From: Trypanosoma brucei
Taxonomy: Eukaryota
NCBI GenBank assembly: GCA_000002445.1
Contig: CP000066.1
Span: 1,440,001 to 1,504,000 of the forward strand
Direction of reading: 5' to 3'
Length of the DNA: 64,000 nucleotides
Shown: positions 35,179 to 47,682 of the stretch, piece by piece
How positions within the stretch are numbered: position 1 is the stretch's first letter
Layout: every line of letters begins with the position of its first letter
The notes under the pieces: generated by a model
The model's database searches: none
Seen by the model: only the letters and a program-made list of their open reading frames with translations
What the model was told of the DNA's origin: nothing
Program-made: the position numbers and the translations under genes

Positions 35179-38166
35179 ACTCATGTGAAACAGTTTCTTT
35201 TTTCTTTTTTTTACTTCACTTTTTTTATTTTTATTTTGCCTACTTTAATTTTATTACGTAATTTTCGTCTACCAGTTTTGGTTGATGTGAAATTTGACGA
35301 TGCTTGTTTGTGTGCGTGCGCATGCGCATGTGCGTTGACGGAAGGGGAGGAGGAAAAGAGTGTTGGTAAAACAAAGTTTAGGGAGGTGATGATGTTGGTG
35401 AAATTTGTTTCTTCAAAGGAGGTAAAGAAAAGCAAGGAAGAAGTAGAAAAAGGTGGTGGAGGAAAAATGAAGGGTATGATGTGGGATGGAGTGAAGGAAA
35501 AGACTGAAGAAATAAAAAAAACGGAAGGGGTTGGGAAAACTCCTCCTCCCCTCCCCCCAAAAAAAAAACAACAACCACAAAAAAAAAACAATACAAGCGA
35601 AATCAGGTTGCCATATGGTGGTTTTGTCAGTGCATTCTAATGTTTTGCCTTGGCACTTTTTCCCATCTGATGTCTTTAGTTTTGGGGAGATTTATTTTGG
35701 TTACTGCCGTTTGCGTCGGCTGTTTAGTCCGGTTGATTTCACCTTTTTTTTCTTTTTCTTTTTCTTTTTCGTGTATTTCTTTTTTCTTTTTTTTTTTCTC
35801 TCTCTTTCCTCTTTCCTCTTTCATCTTCTTCTTCGCGTGTGTGGCCTTTGCAATTTAAGAGATGTACTAATACTAATTTTTGTTATTACTACACAGCCTC
35901 TTTTGTGTGTGTGTGTTTCTTTCCCGTTGGTTGTCCCCGAGACGTTAGTTGTTGCTGCGGTGTTTTTTTTTTGTTTTCCCCCTCTTTCTTCTTTCGTTTT
36001 GTTGTGCGCGTGTAGAGGAATGAGAAAAAGTAGAAATAACGTGACTTAAAGAAAAACAACAACAACAACAACTTCTTTTGTTGTTTATTTGTTTCAGTGT
36101 TGTGGCTACTTTATTATTATTATTATTACCATTATTATTATTATTGTTGTTATTATTGTAGCCGAAATTCCGTTGTTGATAGGTACGTATGTGTGCGTAT
36201 TTGTGTTTGTTTTTTTTTTGATTATTTTTCCTTCATTGTGTGACTTTCTGTGCTGCAGTTGCCTTCTTTATGTGTTCATTGTGCTTATTACTCATTTCTC
36301 TGCTCGTCAGCTTTGCTATGAATATGCTTGTACACATATGCATGCACCAACTTAGGTATATTAAATATATATATTAATATTTGTGTTTATGTATGTTTTG
36401 TTTGACTGATGCTCCTGCAATGTTTAATGTGGAAAAATGATATTTGGGCGATGAAGTGAAGCGTATGGTGAGAGGTTGTATAGTTGAAATATAAGAATAT
36501 TTCAGTTCTTTTTTCTTCTTTTTAATTCCGTTGTGTTGTGTTGGGTTGTGTTTTTGAAAATTTTGTGTTCTCTTCTCTTCTCTTCTGTTTCGTTTTGTTT
36601 ATATTTATATATATATTTATACGAAAAAAAAAATGTGGTTAAGGGAAGGAATGTAAAGGAATAAGAAGATTTCAAACAAAATAAAAAAAAAGAGTGAATG
36701 GTGGCGCGGCCGCTTTTTCCACCTTTGTGCGTATCTGTGTGTGTCTTTTTTTTTATTTCTTTTCTCGTTATGAGTAAAAGAAAATATAAAATAACTGTTC
36801 GTTAAGTAATTAATTAGGCGATTGAGTATTGGAGGTGAGGGGAAAGGTGTGGCGACGAGGTTCACAGAAAAAAAAAAAACGGAAAAAAAGGAAGAGGTGA
36901 AGGAGGTTTTGTTTGCAAAGAACTTCTGAAGTGAGGTTCTTCCTCTTTTTTACTTTTTTTTTTTTAAATATCCTGTTTTGTGTGCTTCTCCATTCATTTT
37001 AGTTGAACAGATGAGCATATAGAATATATATATATATATATGTATACATGTAACTGCGTAAACGAAGTTACATTTATTTGTTAGGGGCAAGGCGTTTTTT
37101 TTTCTTTTGCAGCCATGCAACAAGTTGGAGTGCGAAACTGTTGCGTGAAGTTATTGTTGTGTTGTCGTTGTTTCTTTACTTTTTTTTTTTATAATTTAAA
37201 TTATATTGGAGGAGGCGTTAAGGAAAGGAGGAGGGAAAGAGGTGGAGGGGGAAAAAATATATATATATTTATGTTTGATTGCGATGGTAATTGATTGGGG
37301 TCGCCGCCATTTAATTGGTTTGTTTTTAATAGTTGCTTTGAGTTTATGTGTTGTTCTTATGAAAAAAAATTTTTTTTTGATCATTTGTCGTACTCCTCTC
37401 TGTTGTTTACTTTTACTTTTACTTTTACTTTTACTCATTCAACTTTTCACCGCTTGTGTTAGCGACAGAGCGATGGGTCACGAGGCGTTGACCTTCATTT
37501 TTTTTTTTTTGGTCCTTTTCCCCCCTCCCCATTCTTTTTTGTTTTAAAAAAAAAATTATCTTTTTACCTTTATTTCCTTTTTCCTTCTTCCCTTTTTTTT
37601 CACTTCTTTTTTATGTTTTTTTTTTTACAAAAAAAAAAATTAAAATGTATTGGTTATATTTTTGTCGCTGCTGTTTGTCTCGTGGCGCTTCAGAAAGTAA
37701 ATAGTGTGTGTGCGAAATATAGTGGATTCTGTTGTTTTTTTTTTTTGAGTAGGGAGAAGGGGCTGAGAGGCGGGGATTATTTAGTGACGACAATGAAGTG
37801 CAGCGATGTGCTTATTAATAATATTATTATTATTATTGTTGCGAGTGTTGTTGTTGTCATTATTGTTATTATTAGATTTTTACGCAATGCACAACTGAGT
37901 GATTACAATCATAATCATTATTGTTGTTGTGATTGGTACTATTCCTTTTAACATTTTTTTATTTTGCGTTTCTTACGACTTTATAACGTCTTCAATTCAA
38001 TTCACCTTTTTTTTTTATTTTGCGTGTGTGTGCGTTTGATTGTGATACCAACCGGTGGCAGTTTTCGCTGTGTCAAATATAATTCATTTGATCAATGAAG
38101 AGAAAATAAAAGGAAAAAAAGAAAGAAAGAAAAGACTTAATTCCTCCTATTTTCTTCTTTTTTTTT

Positions 38167-38167
<1 letters not shown>

Positions 38168-38204
<37 letters not shown>

Positions 38205-38213
38205 CTTATTACA
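38168..38213. repeat. (TG)n microsatellite
   Basis: Direct observation: gtgcgtgtgtgtgtgtgtgtgtgtgtgtgtgtgt. Confidence 0.95.
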
Positions 38214-39397
38214 GTACCCCTCTTTTTGATGTGTTATGGTTCCGTTGCGTCTTTCTTTTTTTTTTTTTCGTATTTATTTACCCCCATCCTCTCTTTATTT
38301 ATTTATTTATCTCTCTTTCTTTCTTTCTCTTTCCTTCCATTATGCCTTTTACTAAATTTTATTTTAATTTATTCTCCTCCGTTTTTCTACTTCCTTCCCT
38401 TTTCTTCGTTTTTTCCCCCTCTTTTTTTTTTATTACTTTGCTACTCTCCACTTTTAGTTCCTATTTGCCTTTATGTGCGTCTGTGTTTGCTTTGTTCATA
38501 TGCCACTTCCCCTCTTTTTGCAAAATAAAATAAAAATAAGAAAAAAAAAATAAAGTAGAAGGAAAGAAGGAGGAGAAAAAAAAGAGGGAAAAAGGATTAT
38601 AGTATTATAGTATTATAAATATTATATATATATATATATTTGTTTTTTCTTTTCTCTTTCTTTTTCAATATGTTTTGCTTGTTTTATACTGCGATGAGAA
38701 GCGGTGATTGGGCTTCATTTCAAACCAAATAGGGGAATTGTGGTGTGTGCATTTCTATTGTGTAAGTCTCAAGAATATTAAAGGTGATGTCTTTCTTTCT
38801 TTTTTTTCTCTCTTTTATATGTAGGAAAAGTGGGGTAAATAAAGTAAAGGGAAAGAAAAGAAAGAAAGAAGAAAAAAAGGAAAAAGTCAAGAAAGAAAGG
38901 AAATGGGAGAGTGAAGGGATTATTATTATTACTAATGCAGTTAAGAGAGGAAATCCTAGATGGCATATATTTATACATCTACATCTACATATATATATAT
39001 ATATTGCTTCATTTATTTATTTTTGTTTATGTGCGTGTCTTTTTTTGTGTTGATGTATTGCAACAGGAGCGTGAAGAGAGCAACAAACGAACGTACAGAG
39101 AAAGGGGGAAAAAAACAGATAAATGATACGGAATAGGGAATGGGGGAAATCCTTCTCCGAAAATTCTTTGCAGATGTTTGTTTCTCACGGTTGTCATAGA
39201 AATATTTGGTTTACGACTTCGTATCAGTGGATGTTTGTGTTCCGTTTATTGTTATTATTTGTCACATATTTCTCCAAAAGGAGATACACTTTGCAAGAGG
39301 GAGGAGAGAGAGGAGTGAAGAAAATGAAGAAAATAAGATGTATATGGTTACTGTACTGCATGCGGTACACATAACCATGAAAAAAATAAAAAAGAGA

Positions 39398-39424
39398 GTG
39401 GTGGTGGTGGTGGTGGTGGTGGTG
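39398..39424 (+). repeat. (GGT)9 microsatellite
   Basis: Direct observation: gtggtggtggtggtggtggtggtggtg. The antisense reading gives a poly-His ORF artefact. Confidence 0.95.
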
Positions 39425-39766
39425 ATCCACTTGCACTTTCTTTTTGGTGGAGCGTGTCAATATGTTTTTTTTGTTATTAATGTTTTTATGGTTGTTGGCG
39501 TTTTTCCCTCCCCTTCTTCTGTCATGTAGCAATTACCTTTACATGGCTACACTTTGCCTACTTGTCAAACTGTTCTCATCTGTACCGAAACATCTTTTTA
39601 TTCTTAACTTCTCTTTCTTCCTTTCTTTCTTTTTTCCCCCACCGCTTACTCTTTATCTATACCACTGCTACGCATGTATGTGTGGTGTGGGAATTACAGG
39701 ATACGTGCTGTATCCTGCTTTCCTTCTTAGTGTCGCATTTTATTTGCCATTACCATCAAAGAAGCG

Positions 39767-41176
39767 ATGTTAAGTTTTTTGATTGACTGCAGCGAAGACA
39801 AAACTGATCTCACATCGCTTCTTCTACTGTCACGGTTGCTGAATGATGAACAAAAGGAAAGGGAGGCACCAAGTGAGGGTCCGGCTGGAAATGTTTTAGA
39901 GGCATCCATTAAAGACAAGGAGAAAGGAAGTGGTGCATCTTTAGATGAAGGAACCGCGACACAAAAAGAAAGCGGTGTTGAGGGAGGAGTGTCGACGGCA
40001 AAGAAAAGATCAAATGTTGCCGCTCAGCGCGGTTCTAAGGACAAGACACAACATCAGACACAAGCGGCGAATGCTTCCGTTACCGTTTCCAAACCGAATG
40101 TTGGTGGGCCCGTGCCACCACTTGCACTGACGAGCACGTTGGCTTTTATGATGAACGGTTGTGGTAGCTCCCGCAGCGAGTTTCCAAATCTCTCTCTTCT
40201 TTGTGAAATCAGCGGCAGCGAGGAGGCCCCTCCCCAAGCCCCGATGCAAAAAGTCAACTCAAACTCTGAAAAGCGTGTAGAAGCAAAAACTCAGGGTCGA
40301 AAACCCATTCAACGGCGCCCCCGAACCCCTCCACCAGGCACACAAGCCGTACAAAGGAAAGGAAGAAGGGCTTCAGCGGAACCATCATTGGTTCCCCATA
40401 CGCCTCCCAAACTGGAAGAGGCGGTGATCCCGATATCAAAGTTTCGTGCGCCATCTTCCGTTGGAGATGATGACATGGCCCCCACTTATTCGCGAAACGG
40501 AGGTCATACGGTAGCGAAACGTGTTATTCAATACACTGAGAATATACCGTTGACAATTACTTCGTGCACTCCTGACAGCAAGCGTCGGTCATATGCGCGA
40601 CGTTACGTTTCCCGGTTACTTAGTAGTCCCATTGACGCCGCACACTCAAGGTACCGTGGAAAGTTTGAGAATGCAATCACTCACGCTCGTGGTTTTTACT
40701 CAGGAGTAACGAACAGCAATGTAAGTTACCATCTTGATCCCCCATCACTCCGAAGACAAGGTCCAGAAACCCCTAGTGTGAGTGTTTATAAAGCGGAAAG
40801 CAATACAAGTGAATTTGGTGGGTCAACAGCCAATTTATTTCATAGAATCAACAGCGACTGCAAAGGAAGGATGTCGAAAAGTTTACATCATTTGGAACAA
40901 GGAAAGTTGTACGGAGCAACGCGATCCTCCTCTCTGGGCTCAAATATAGCGCCGTCACCGATGGGTGGAAATGCATCGAGGTGTTTGTTGAGCTTACGCC
41001 GCTTGGGGGATGTGAAGAGACGTCAGAGCGGACTTGTGTTGGTGGAAGATCAACTTGAGAGGCAGCAGTCTCGCTTTCTAGATTTAATGATAGAAGGGAA
41101 GTCCATGCAATTTACCGTCCGAGCTCCACAGAAGAAGAGGAAATTTCGCTCAGGGGGGAAGGCTCATGTGACATAA
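39767..41176 (+). CDS. Hypothetical S/R/K-rich protein (469 aa)
   Basis: ATG at 39767. Non-repetitive but compositionally biased (S, R, K, P), with no recognisable domain. Same strand and spacing as its neighbours. Confidence 0.55.
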   Translation: MLSFLIDCSEDKTDLTSLLLLSRLLNDEQKEREAPSEGPAGNVLEASIKDKEKGSGASLDEGTATQKESGVEGGVSTAKKRSNVAAQRGSKDKTQHQTQAANASVTVSKPNVGGPVPPLALTSTLAFMMNGCGSSRSEFPNLSLLCEISGSEEAPPQAPMQKVNSNSEKRVEAKTQGRKPIQRRPRTPPPGTQAVQRKGRRASAEPSLVPHTPPKLEEAVIPISKFRAPSSVGDDDMAPTYSRNGGHTVAKRVIQYTENIPLTITSCTPDSKRRSYARRYVSRLLSSPIDAAHSRYRGKFENAITHARGFYSGVTNSNVSYHLDPPSLRRQGPETPSVSVYKAESNTSEFGGSTANLFHRINSDCKGRMSKSLHHLEQGKLYGATRSSSLGSNIAPSPMGGNASRCLLSLRRLGDVKRRQSGLVLVEDQLERQQSRFLDLMIEGKSMQFTVRAPQKKRKFRSGGKAHVT

Positions 41177-41790
41177 TGAACAGTTGTGAAGTTAGGACGG
41201 GGCGTATGTTGCCTTCCTTTTGAATCGTTCCTGTGGGTCGTGGTGAATCTTTTCCTCCTCGCTACCTTTCATCCAACATACTTCCGTCAATTAGAAGAGG
41301 GAATATGTTCGCAGCCTTGACTAAAATGGACATGTGTTTTGGAAGAGTGTTTATATTATATTTTTCTTGTACTTTTGTTCTTTCCTTTTTGATCTTCTTT
41401 GCTTTTTTTTCTTCGTATCTTTTTTCATCCTTTTTATTTATTTCCCTTTTAGCAGCTCTGAAACTTTCAACACTTTTTTTTGTTTGTGCTCACCCGTAAC
41501 TAAGTTAACATCCCTTTTCTTTTTCCCTTTTGTTTAGGTGTCACTTGTATTTCCACCTGATTTTCTACCGTAGTTGTTGTGCGGTTGACGTATTACATTT
41601 ACTGGATTGTTTTGCACGTTTATTCGTTTAAACCTCAGCTGCCACACGGGGGCGAGCCGATTTGGGTGGTATTTTTTCCTCCCTTCGGTAGCTCCCAGAA
41701 GAAAATAAGCAATATATATATATATATATATTTACATTTATAAAACACCCAGGAGAGAAGTGAAGTCACGTGTGAGGGGAAAACTGCGGA

Positions 41791-42279
41791 ATGAGTAGTG
41801 AGAGATATGTGGATGGTGACCTCGGTGAGCCTTTTAACAGTGCAGAGCCGCTTACGTTACCAGTTGTTGTTCAACTCCTTCGCGGCCGGCGGGACACGTC
41901 ACTCGATCATCCCGCCTCACGTCTTATTGAAAAGACATGCAGGCAAGTGGAACTCATGCAGGAAACATGTGCAGATGAGTGCCGGGTGCAACGAGTAATG
42001 GAGACGAGGTTGCGACTAGTTAACAAAAATAATCGCCAGCAAATGAATGCCCACCTGGGGAATTTTGTAGTGGGAGAGGATGGATTTGCCACTCTTCCAC
42101 CGGAATCAGATGATTTCCTCGACACAGCGGAGGAGGAGGCTATGAAAATGTTTGAGGTGGTAGCACTTGGCACGCTTCAGCCAAAGACGGCGGACGAAGC
42201 TCGTGAGTTAATCCCTTCACTGGGAAGGTTTGAACCGGCGGATTTAAATAAGGTTTTAGAAATGCTCGACTCTTTATGA
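41791..42279 (+). CDS. Hypothetical small protein (162 aa)
   Basis: ATG at 41791. A compact, non-repetitive ORF with mixed charged and hydrophobic composition and no recognisable motif. Confidence 0.5.
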   Translation: MSSERYVDGDLGEPFNSAEPLTLPVVVQLLRGRRDTSLDHPASRLIEKTCRQVELMQETCADECRVQRVMETRLRLVNKNNRQQMNAHLGNFVVGEDGFATLPPESDDFLDTAEEEAMKMFEVVALGTLQPKTADEARELIPSLGRFEPADLNKVLEMLDSL

Positions 42280-42819
42280 AGTGGGCTAACAAACACGGTA
42301 GTCGCAACGATAATAACATCGAGCTCGAGAAGGGCACATCACCTTTGGATTTGTGGGGGTTCACAAGTGGTGGATGCTTGCTTTTTGTATTCGTTGTTAT
42401 ACGTTAGGGCGTTGCGAGAGGCACGTCAATGGTCGGTCTCGTCCATTCGCTCGTTCTTTTTTTCCCCCCTTTGAATAAAGAAATGATATTTACTAAATTC
42501 TCTGTTTTTGAGTTGGTTCGACTGTTTCCTTGTGTTGAGCCCAACTTTTTTCTCAATTTTTTTTCTTCTGTGGATCTTTCTATTTTTCTTTCAAAGGTTG
42601 TAACCCATTTACAGCACTCTCCCGCCTCTCTCCTATTAGCAGAAGTGAAGCTTAGGCAGCGGAGACAACAGTGTGCTCTGTTGACACTGTTGGTGTAATT
42701 AATCTATTTCAAATAAGTTAACCTTTTTTTTGCATTCTACTTTGACGTTATAAATTAATTATCCGTTTTTTTTGTTGAAGTTGGGCACTCTAGTTGCTGC
42801 TGAGGTTAATTAGTAAACC

Positions 42820-43596
42820 ATGACCACGTTCAAGCGGGAAGACCTCCGTCGTGTCTTTTTTAGTGATCTCTCTGATCAGTGCAATGAAGATATCATACAT
42901 GAACTTTGCACGCAGTTTGGGCCTGTTGCCAACATTGTTTGGCCAACGTCAAGTAATCTCGGTGGTACGCAGCAGATGACATTTTGTTTTGCGGATTTCT
43001 ACAACGCAGAGGATGCCAAATATTGCTTTGAGGCTCTACATCGCAGTCGAACAAAATTGTTTGGAAAGGAACTGCGCGTTTCCCACGCAAGTACGGATGT
43101 GCACCAGAAGGAAATCGGTTCGCGTTCGAGTAACCGGCATGTTGTTCACGAACTGCACGAGATTGGCGCAAAAGTTGTTGTCCGTGGCGTTGATCTTAGC
43201 GTAACTGAGTACGAACTGACTTCATTCTTCGCGCAGTTCGGGAATTTCGCCGTCCCCCCACGGATGGTACGCGACTTTGACGGAAACTTCCGAGGTGTTG
43301 TCATTCTCTCTTACGATGATTTTGCCTCTAGCGACCGTGTCATTGAAGAAATGCATCAAAAGATATATCGGGATCGTCCTATATCTGTTACCTACGCTGA
43401 GCTGCCCGACGGAAGCGGAAGATTGCATGGTACAGCGGAAGAACGGGCGAATGCGGCACTGTTCCGCGAAGAGGCGAGAAAACATGAGGAGCGCATCGCT
43501 CGTGAGCAGCAGGAGCACGAACGGGAACGCACACGCAAACGGCAGCAAAACACATCGTGGGCTGCAGGTATCGACCCCTACGCTCGCGTACGTTAG
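42820..43596 (+). CDS. RNA-binding protein with two RRM domains
   Basis: ATG at 42820. RRM1 is ~nt 42850-43090 (RVFFSDLSDQCNEDIIHELCTQFGPV...TFCFADFYNAEDAKYCFEAL...LFGKELRVSHA). RRM2 is ~nt 43160-43400 (VVVRGVDLSVTEYELTSFFAQFGNF...RGVVILSYDDFASSDRVIEEMHQKIYRDRPISVTYAE). The C-terminus is a basic R/E-rich tail. Confidence 0.85.
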   Translation: MTTFKREDLRRVFFSDLSDQCNEDIIHELCTQFGPVANIVWPTSSNLGGTQQMTFCFADFYNAEDAKYCFEALHRSRTKLFGKELRVSHASTDVHQKEIGSRSSNRHVVHELHEIGAKVVVRGVDLSVTEYELTSFFAQFGNFAVPPRMVRDFDGNFRGVVILSYDDFASSDRVIEEMHQKIYRDRPISVTYAELPDGSGRLHGTAEERANAALFREEARKHEERIAREQQEHERERTRKRQQNTSWAAGIDPYARVR

Positions 43597-44185
43597 TTGG
43601 TGTGGGAGAGAATGATTCTAAATGACAAGGGCTGATCATGTGCACTATTGTTAGATTTTTCTGCGGTGCAGTTTCATTGATCTGGTTTCATCTTCTCTCC
43701 TCTTTTTTTTTCACCCTCTTTTTTTTTTTGTTGAACATGCGTTGCGTTATCCATGCGCTTCAGAAGAGCCGGTTGTTATTAAAATCTTATCCTTTGGTTT
43801 CCCTTAATCTTAATATTAACCTTGATATTTTTGTCTGTATTTTGTTCTATTTTCACTTTCTTGTTTGTTTATTGGAGCACGTTCCCGGACTTTACTGTTT
43901 CGAGGAACAGGCGGTAAAGGCTGTAGGGTGGAGAAATTTCTTCTCCACTGAGGGGAGAGCCTATCACGCGTGCTGAGGGATAGTGGGAAACTGGTTGATT
44001 TTCCCACAAGTTGTGGAAGTTGTTTCCATAGAGCAGTGCTGAATAAGCAGCCGTGTCCACAAAACGAGAAGGAGGCCGGTGGCTACGTGTCGCGTCTCCA
44101 ATTGAATAGAATAGAAAACCTCAGCACAAAAACTTGGAAGAGGTTGAAGGTAGAGAGGTGTCGAGAGAGGTTGTGAACCACTGTA

Positions 44186-47020
44186 ATGGGTCGGGCAACA
44201 GAGGCACAACGTGCCGAAATGGCAAAGGAGGAAAAACTACAGCGGGCGCTGCATGAAAACCGGCAACTCAAACAAGAGGTTCTGGGATTGCGCGATAAGT
44301 TGAAGATATTGCAAGTAAAGTTTAATAAGGTAACTAATGACCTGAAGCGTGTTTCACCTGACATGTTAAAACATCTTAACGAGGTTGCTTCATCCGCTGC
44401 AACATCACCGCCCCTCTCGTCAATGCGGACCGCCACAAGCGTTGGCGGTGCTTATGCTACCCGGCAATCAACACCGGGTAAAAGATCATTTTCTCTTCAG
44501 CCGCATGCGGGAACCGGTGAGGGGGCTGCTCTATCATTGGGAGAGGCGGTGGACCCTGCAGAGTTGCAACAGTGCCGTGAAGCACTTCATCGCGCCCAAT
44601 TAGAGATCGTAGCGTTACGTGCTAATACCGCCGCAACTGTGGGGGGTACAACAGCTGGTCCCTCGCCACCATCTCCGGCTATGGTCACTGTAATAGAAAA
44701 ACTTAGACAGGATCTTGCTAGCGCTGTGGTGGAGCGAGACCAACGCGCTGCTGAGGTTAGTGTACTTCGTGACGAGTTAACACGGACTCGCACCCAACTG
44801 GAAGATGTGCAATTCACTCAACAGCAGCAACTTGCTGTGGAGAGGCACACTTGTGGCATGCTTAACGGGCGTGCCCAAGCGGCCGAGAGTGGAAAACAGC
44901 AGCTGGAAGCCGAATTTCGTCGTTCCGTTGAAATTCTCACACGGGAACGGGATGAACTTGCACTTAAGCTTCGCCTGTTACAAGAGGAGATGGACAGCGA
45001 AAAACGGTACGGGGCGGGCACCGTTGATCCCACACAGCTTGTTCAAGTTCAGGCAGATTTGCAGGATAAGTCAAGGCAAATCACTATTTTGACTAGTCGT
45101 ATGCAAGGGTCGCAGCAGCAGGTGGAGACTCTTAAGAACGAATGCAGTCGCCTTTTGGATGAACTCCAGAAGTTTCACGCGATGCATACAGAAACGAAGC
45201 GGCAGCTACTGGAACTGGAAGGTGAGCGAAATTTGTTGCAAGTACGCTGTGCACGTGTCGAGGAGTTAGAACGGACCGTGAAGCACAAAAGCGAGGAACT
45301 TATTCGTACCGAGCAGGAACTTTTGCGCACAGCAAGTACCCTGCAGAGTTGCAATAGAGAAACTGAAGAGGCTGTTCGACGTGAATTCTCCTCCCGCCTG
45401 GCAGATGTTCAGGGAATGCGGGACTCTGCTGAGGCACAACGGCGTGAAAAGGAACGACAGCTCCTCGAGGCGCAACGTGAGTTGGGGGAGCTGCGTCGTC
45501 AGTTAGAACTCACTCGCGAAAACGCCACTATGTTCCAAGCGCAGTTGGAGAAATCGGAGGAGGAACGACAAAAGTTATCAGCAATGGCCTCCGTGGCGGG
45601 GTATACTGTGAAAGAGTTCGGTGATGAAAAGGTTAGACGTGCCCTGGCGGTAGTGGCCATGCGAGGTGACTCTGGTATTGACCGTAACGGTGGGACCGGA
45701 GGCGTGACAAATGGGTTTAGTGATAAGGTTCCGGTCAATGCGTCAGACGGCGCGGCGGGGGAGGCGCTTGAAATGTGGGATGCACTTCGGTGGGATGAGG
45801 GATGGGAGGCACAACAGTTGCGTGAAGCACTTGCAAGCGCCGCCCTCGACATGGAACTGGCCGAATCCCGCTGTACTCAAATGAACGAACAACTTGAACG
45901 AAATCGTCACCTAATGCAGCAGCTGTCGCATGAACGCGACGCACTGTTAGAAGAGAACATAGAGATGCGGCGGCGGCTCACGCATGTTCAAACTGCGTTT
46001 GCCAAACAGCAACTGGAGTCATACAATGCGGCGAAGACGCGTGGCACCACAAATGGAGGAAAGGGATCAAGCGATGGTATTATCAACTTTTGCATACATG
46101 ATTTGGAGTGTAACGATGCAATGCTGCGTGCTTTGGGTGCTTCCCAAGTCGCCGGTGCGGCTGTCACTCTGTTCTTCTCGCTCGATGGTCTACGGTCGTA
46201 CGATACGATGATGTCGCCCATGTTCTACTCACTTGATAGCCCTCTTGACATACGCTTCTGCTACGATCGTCTTGACCGTGATGAAGCTACTGTTGCGGAG
46301 ATACGTGCAACAACGTTCGTGTTTCAACTTCACCAGGTATGTGGCACGGGAACAAACATTGTCGCTATGGGGGAACTTCCGGGTGTTGCGCTTCTGCAGG
46401 CACGAGAATCAGCCGTTCTGGAACGCGTTAAGCTAGTAAGCGGTAGCGGGGAGGAAGTTGGGGTTGTCGCCGTTGAGATGTGTGCTCTCAACCTGTTGTT
46501 ACCTATTCTGCTGGATCGTCCACTCTCAGGCGTTGGAAAGGATGGCGACTTTTGTCTCAGCTCAGACGCAGTGCGTGCAGCACTGGTGGCCATGCGCAGT
46601 GTCGTTGCACTCCGTGTGCAAGTTTTCCGTGCTGATGGCCTGCAGAATTCACCCACACCGCAACCGTATGTTTTCTACACCGCGGCGATGCCATCTACGA
46701 CACACGGTGGGATTAGTTGTATCCGTGATACAGTTGTTCACACGTCCACGAAAGCCTTAACATCCGATCCTGTGTTTGACGAGGAACCTATCGACCATCG
46801 TGTGGTAGTGGACAGTGAGTTGATTTCATTTGTGTCTGAGAGCTCGGTGGTATTTGTTGTGTTTGACGCGCAGGCGCGAGATGTGCGTTCGAATTTGGGC
46901 GTTGCGGAGGTTCCATTAAGGCCATTACTTGCATCACCACAGGCGGTAATACGCAAGACGGAGGTGTTACATCCACAGGGAACGCTGAGCATCGGACTAT
47001 CGTGGGTGTGTAGAAGTTAA
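44186..47020 (+). CDS. Hypothetical protein: N-terminal ~480-aa coiled coil plus a C-terminal globular region
   Basis: ATG at 44186. Extended heptad-like Q/E/L/R-rich sequence up to ~nt 45650, then a non-repetitive, hydrophobic-core-like C-terminal half. Confidence 0.7.
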   Translation: MGRATEAQRAEMAKEEKLQRALHENRQLKQEVLGLRDKLKILQVKFNKVTNDLKRVSPDMLKHLNEVASSAATSPPLSSMRTATSVGGAYATRQSTPGKRSFSLQPHAGTGEGAALSLGEAVDPAELQQCREALHRAQLEIVALRANTAATVGGTTAGPSPPSPAMVTVIEKLRQDLASAVVERDQRAAEVSVLRDELTRTRTQLEDVQFTQQQQLAVERHTCGMLNGRAQAAESGKQQLEAEFRRSVEILTRERDELALKLRLLQEEMDSEKRYGAGTVDPTQLVQVQADLQDKSRQITILTSRMQGSQQQVETLKNECSRLLDELQKFHAMHTETKRQLLELEGERNLLQVRCARVEELERTVKHKSEELIRTEQELLRTASTLQSCNRETEEAVRREFSSRLADVQGMRDSAEAQRREKERQLLEAQRELGELRRQLELTRENATMFQAQLEKSEEERQKLSAMASVAGYTVKEFGDEKVRRALAVVAMRGDSGIDRNGGTGGVTNGFSDKVPVNASDGAAGEALEMWDALRWDEGWEAQQLREALASAALDMELAESRCTQMNEQLERNRHLMQQLSHERDALLEENIEMRRRLTHVQTAFAKQQLESYNAAKTRGTTNGGKGSSDGIINFCIHDLECNDAMLRALGASQVAGAAVTLFFSLDGLRSYDTMMSPMFYSLDSPLDIRFCYDRLDRDEATVAEIRATTFVFQLHQVCGTGTNIVAMGELPGVALLQARESAVLERVKLVSGSGEEVGVVAVEMCALNLLLPILLDRPLSGVGKDGDFCLSSDAVRAALVAMRSVVALRVQVFRADGLQNSPTPQPYVFYTAAMPSTTHGGISCIRDTVVHTSTKALTSDPVFDEEPIDHRVVVDSELISFVSESSVVFVVFDAQARDVRSNLGVAEVPLRPLLASPQAVIRKTEVLHPQGTLSIGLSWVCRS

Positions 47021-47682
47021 ATGCGTTGAAGAAGGAGAAGCGAATTTTAAGTTTCATGAGTGTGGTTGTGCGGAAAATTCTGAAACCCCTTGCTCCAGGT
47101 GGTTTTCATTTTTCCTTCCCAACCGGTGAGGTTTTTTGTCTTTATTATTTCCGAACGCACGCTGGTATTTTCACGTGTGCGTGGAAATCCGTGCACACGC
47201 AACCATTCAATATGAGTGTTTTTATAGGGCGCCAACTCGCATTTCTGACAGGCGATCCACTTAACCACCAGTGATTACGACCAAGCGAAGTGAGTGATCT
47301 GTGTGGCTTGCACATCCGTACGGCTTTAGTGCGACAACCAATGGTGGATTTCGTTTTGTGTGTTTTCTGTCCTCCCCGCTCCTGTTTCGGTATCTTTTCC
47401 TTATCCTTTTTCATTTCTCCACACTCTTCATCCACCTGCTTTGGCGTCTTGTCCACGATAATTTTTTTTGTTGTTGTTGTGGGACGCCTTTAATCCTTCT
47501 CCACAGTAGTGCAGAGTCGGCCGCGTAGGCAAAAAGGATAGCACAGGTCCTCCCCCCTTTTTTCTTGGGCAGTACTCTTAAAAAACAACAACAACAACAA
47601 CAACTCATTTTGCGCCCCGGAAGTGAATCGCATCACATCGCGGCCTTCAAATTAGGGAACTCCAATACCCGGCGGAGGGATC

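Noticed and set aside
35185-36049. Overlapping 151-aa and 172-aa plus-strand ORFs immediately after the CCCH gene
   Set aside because: They are extremely low-complexity (poly-K/E/G from an A/G-rich tract, poly-F/L from T-runs). They look like typical UTR reading-frame artefacts, not genes.
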